64,000 bases of DNA from Terriglobia bacterium. Lineage in GTDB: Bacteria; Acidobacteriota; Terriglobia; 20CM-2-55-15. Location: contig CBDAOY010000009.1 of assembly GCA_965198225.1 (NCBI GenBank), forward strand, positions 608,001 to 672,000, written 5' to 3'. This document shows, piece after piece, positions 60,567-64,000 of the stretch; position 1 is the first letter of the stretch, and every line of letters begins with the position of its first letter. The translations under genes and the position numbers were made by a program. The notes below the pieces were generated by a model. The model searched no databases and had not been told where the DNA came from. It saw only the letters and a list, made by a program, of their open reading frames with translations.

Positions 60567-61775
60567 TTGCGTTTGAATCTCCTGATAGTTCACGAGGTCA
60601 ACTACCTTTCGAAAATAATCTACGAATTCCAGATACTTCCGGAAATCCTCTCGATGCAGGGACACACCGTCACCGTTGTGGACTACGATGACAGCTGGGC
60701 GAAGGATCGGACCACCAACCGGCTGGTCCTACGATCTGAAGTTCACGAGGACATTCACCGCGCCTACCCCGATGGGTCAGTGACCCTTCGGAGACCGGGC
60801 ATGATTCGGATGCCACTAATTTCGAGAGTTTCAGGGGCGGTCACTTCTGCTCTCGAGGTCGTTGGGGTCCTCCGGGCGAACCCTGTCGATGCCATTCTTC
60901 TCTACGGAGTGCCAACGGTTGGTCTCCAAGTTTGGGCAGCCGCGCGGCGATACGGCATACCTGTCTTTTTCCGCTCTATCGACGTGTCGCATCGACTTGT
61001 CCCACACTCCCTTCTCGTGACGCCGACGAAGCTGATCGAGCGGTTCGTCTACAGGAGGGTACGTGCGATTTCATGCGTAACTCACCATCTGAAAAAGTAT
61101 GTGGAGTCCTACGGAGTATCCCAGGAACGAGTCGAAGTCCTGCCTTCCGGAGTCGACCCAGGCATGTTCTCACCGGGCGCGCGGAACCACGAGCTCGTGG
61201 GACGATGGCAACTCGCGCCTTCCCATCGGTTGATACTCTTCATGGGCACGGTCTATACCTTCAGCGGCCTCGATCAGGTCATCCGAGACTTTCCCGCGCT
61301 GCTGAAGCGCCACCCGCCCGCCCGCCTGCTCATTGTCGGCGACGGTGACGACACGGATCGGCTCAAGGCTCTCTGTCGCGACTCGGGCGTGAGGGATCAA
61401 GTGGTTTTCACTGGGCGGCAGCCCTACGAGCTGCTGCCGGATCTTATTCGGTCTGCCGACGTCTGCATCAACCCTTTCGAGCTGAACTCCATCACACGCG
61501 ACATACTGCCCACGAAACTATTCCAGTACCTCTCTTGTGCGAAACCGGTACTCGCCACCGAATTGCCGGGGACTCTGCCGTTTCTGTCGGGAGAAGAACA
61601 AGGCGTCGTCTATGCTCCCTTGCCGGATTTCGTAGAACACCTTTCGAAGTTGCTCGACGAACCGGCGCGTTGCGAGGAACTTGGACGCCGGGGCCGCGAG
61701 ACCGTGGAGTCGCAATACGACTGGCGCCGCATAGCAGAGTCGCTGGCATCCTGGATCCAGGAATCGTGCATATAG
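60567..61775 (+). CDS. GT4 glycosyltransferase
   Basis: PSGVD, FTG, P.KLFQY...KPV. Confidence 0.88.
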   Translation: MRLNLLIVHEVNYLSKIIYEFQILPEILSMQGHTVTVVDYDDSWAKDRTTNRLVLRSEVHEDIHRAYPDGSVTLRRPGMIRMPLISRVSGAVTSALEVVGVLRANPVDAILLYGVPTVGLQVWAAARRYGIPVFFRSIDVSHRLVPHSLLVTPTKLIERFVYRRVRAISCVTHHLKKYVESYGVSQERVEVLPSGVDPGMFSPGARNHELVGRWQLAPSHRLILFMGTVYTFSGLDQVIRDFPALLKRHPPARLLIVGDGDDTDRLKALCRDSGVRDQVVFTGRQPYELLPDLIRSADVCINPFELNSITRDILPTKLFQYLSCAKPVLATELPGTLPFLSGEEQGVVYAPLPDFVEHLSKLLDEPARCEELGRRGRETVESQYDWRRIAESLASWIQESCI

Positions 61776-62948
61776 CGTTCGTCATCCCCTACTTCTATCC
61801 CGCTTTTCAGTATGGAGGTCCTCCCAGGAGTGCATACGAGCTGGCCCGTGAGCTCGTTCGACGCGGGAATGAAGTGACGGTTTTCACAACCGACACCGGA
61901 GGTAGCTCTCGGCTCGGTAGAGAACTGACAGCCAGCTCCGTGGACGGTGTCGAGGTCGTCCGTTTCCGTAGTCTTTCCAACTATCTCGCTTTCCGCCATC
62001 GGGTCTCGCTGGTGCCGGGCCTGACGGCTCGATTGCGGGCAGATCTGGCCCACGTCGACGTGGTGCATGTCCACGAATTCCGCTCGATGCTGACGGTGGC
62101 GGCGTTCAACGCCTGTGGGAGGTCCAGGGTTCCATACATTCTTTCGCCCCATGGCGGCTTGAGGCCGATGGGCAAAGTGCTGCTGAAGCGCTTCTTCGAT
62201 CGAGTGTGGGGACAGCGAATCCTGCAGGCTGCCGGCCGTATCGCAGTCGTGTCCCCTCTGGAAGCGGCGCAAGTTGAGGAGGCTGGGGTTCAAAAGGAAC
62301 GGATCGCCACAATACCGAACCCGCTGTCGTTCGAACCGTTTTGAGGTTGAGCGACCGATGGGCGATTTCAGGAGGCAATGGTCGATCGCGAGACCGAAGA
62401 TAATTCTTTTCCTGGCGCGCCTGCACTGGATCAAAGGAGCCGACCTCCTCGTTCGAGCCCTTTCTGGAATCGCGGCCCACCGCAACGATACCCATCTCGT
62501 CCTGGCGGGACCAGATGATGGTCAGGAAGCGGAAGTTCGTAGACTTGTCGCAGGGTCGGGGCTTGGAGACAGCGTTACGTTTACCGGCTTTCTGGACGAG
62601 GATCGGAAGATCGCCGCGTTCACCGACGCTACCGTGACCGTTGTACCGTCCCGTAGCGAGATATTCTCGTTAACTGTGCTGGAGTCGCTTCTGTGTCGGA
62701 CGCCGGTGTTGGTTTCCTCCGCCTGTGGTCTCTTCCCGATGCCAGGTTACGACCACGGCGCGATCCAGTTCGGCGGGGGTGACGTCGGCGACCTCTCACG
62801 GAAACTCGCTTCTGCGCTCGACGATGTGGAGTTGGCTGACAATGCTGCGAGAGGACGCGAGTTTGCGAAAGCGAATTTCGGTGTTGAGCGAATCGCCGGC
62901 GTTGCTGAACGGATGTACGGCGAGGCGATCGGAGTTCGGCAGAAATGA
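61766..62948 (+). CDS. GT4 glycosyltransferase, frameshift in T4 run at 62339-62342
   Basis: YGGP, SPHG, IPN in frame 1; FLARL..KG.D, PSRSE.F...LE..PV in frame 2. Confidence 0.82.
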
Positions 62949-63035
62949 GAGAGTCCGGACGCGGCACTTGCGCGCGGGAAATGTCTCCAAACGACTCTGC
63001 TCAAAGCCCATCCATTCGATGGTAAACTTCGTGGA

Positions 63036-63737
63036 GTGACGCAGTTGAAAGAAACAGGAACGGTCGTGGTGGTGCTGCCCGCCTGCAACGAGGTGGCCAC
63101 GGTCGGTAGCGTAGTTTCTAGGATCCCGCCCGTCATTGAGCAGATGAAGGTTGTCCCTGTCGTGGTCGACGATGGATCTGAAGACGATACGGCCACGGCT
63201 GCCCGCGGGGCTGGGGCTCTGGTGGTTCGGCATATCACGAACCTTGGTGTCGGTGCCGCGACGCGCACCGGGTAAGCTGCGAAGAGGCTGAACGCAGACT
63301 TCGTCGTCACGATGGATGCCGATGGCCAGCATGACCCCCGCGACCTCCCGCCCCTCGTGAAATGCGCTCTCGACGGGGGCTACGATGTTGTAATCGGCAA
63401 CCGCATGATCAGTCCCAAGGGAATGCCACCATCCCGCGTCCTGGCGAACTGGCTACTGAATGCCATCACTTTGATTACCTTCCGTGGCACGGTGACCGAC
63501 TCCCAGTCGGGCTACAAGTGTATGTCCCGGCAAACCTTGAAAGTGATGGAACTCAGAGCCGATGGTTACGACATATGTTCGGAGATCGTTGGAGAGATAT
63601 TCTCCAAGGGACTCCGGTACAAGTCGCTGCCCGTCAGGGCCCTTTACAGCAGCTATTCAAGAGCGAAGGGGCAACACTTTCTGAACGGTATCAACATCAT
63701 CCTCCATTTGTTTGTCCGCATGATGAGGCGCGTTTGA
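63036..63737 (+). CDS. DPM1-like GT2 with in-frame TAA at 63273-63275
   Basis: PA.NE, VDDGS.D, N.G.GAA..TG*AA, MDADGQH, DSQSG all in one frame. Confidence 0.8.
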
Positions 63738-63739
63738 AA

Positions 63740-64000
63740 ATGATCCTCTTCGCAAAAGCCTTTTCCATCGTCCTTGCCGCTGTTGCCATTTCCAAGAGCT
63801 ATGTCGATTTTCGATCCCGGAAGGAGTCGGCCCAGATGTTCCTGCTTTTGGACCTTGACCTGGGTTGCCATCGTCCTGGTCGCGCTGTTCCCTTCGATGA
63901 TCGATGTTCTGATCGGTGTCGGGGGGGGAGGGCCGGAATCGGTACTTTCCTGGGAATGGCGATCGTGTTTAATTTGTTTCTGGTCTACCGAACCTACGTT
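63740..64000 (+). CDS. DUF2304-like membrane protein, partial, two frameshifts
   Basis: MILFAKAFSIVLAAVAISKSY...W...W...ALFP...GIGTFLG..IVF; shifts at the T4 run near 63846 and near the G8 run at 63921; typical neighbour of DPM1-like GT2. Confidence 0.6.
   Translation, partial: MILFAKAFSIVLAAVAISKSYVDFRSRKESAQMFLLLDLDLGCHRPGRAVPFDDRCSDRCRGGRAGIGTFLGMAIVFNLFLVYRTYV

Noticed and set aside
63273-63275. In-frame stop in the GT2 as a recoding event
   Set aside because: The codon is TAA, not TGA or TAG, at a non-catalytic position in an indel-rich region.

Overview
GC-rich (about 62%) bacterial chromosome segment. The gene content suggests an Acidobacteriota-like organism (inference). Left half: an AlkZ-like glycosylase that runs off the window edge, housekeeping and metabolic genes (acs, nth, ispG, fumC, GDH, ferredoxin), and a complete class IIC group II intron inserted after a terminator. 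It also holds a Tat-exported PaoABC-like molybdoenzyme followed by four Cys-rich or secreted unknown genes, and an IS4 element with exact ends inserted inside a heptamer intergenic repeat. Two adjacent UGA-containing selenoprotein genes that the ORF track breaks (peroxiredoxin with TxxU; PrdB-like protein with UxxC and no PrdA in the window) lie at 30-31 kb. Right half (32-64 kb): a cell-surface island with a glycan cluster and flippase, a B12 radical SAM enzyme, an ECF sigma/anti-sigma pair leading into a type II secretion operon, a 5'-truncated S-layer-like gene, a TMTC-like GT-C/TPR protein glycosyltransferase and polyprenol-P-sugar synthase-like GT2s. At least six families of palindromic intergenic repeats occur. 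Clustered 1-2 nt frameshifts at 47-51 kb and 62-64 kb look like long-read consensus errors. All family calls come from motif recognition by eye; no searches were run.
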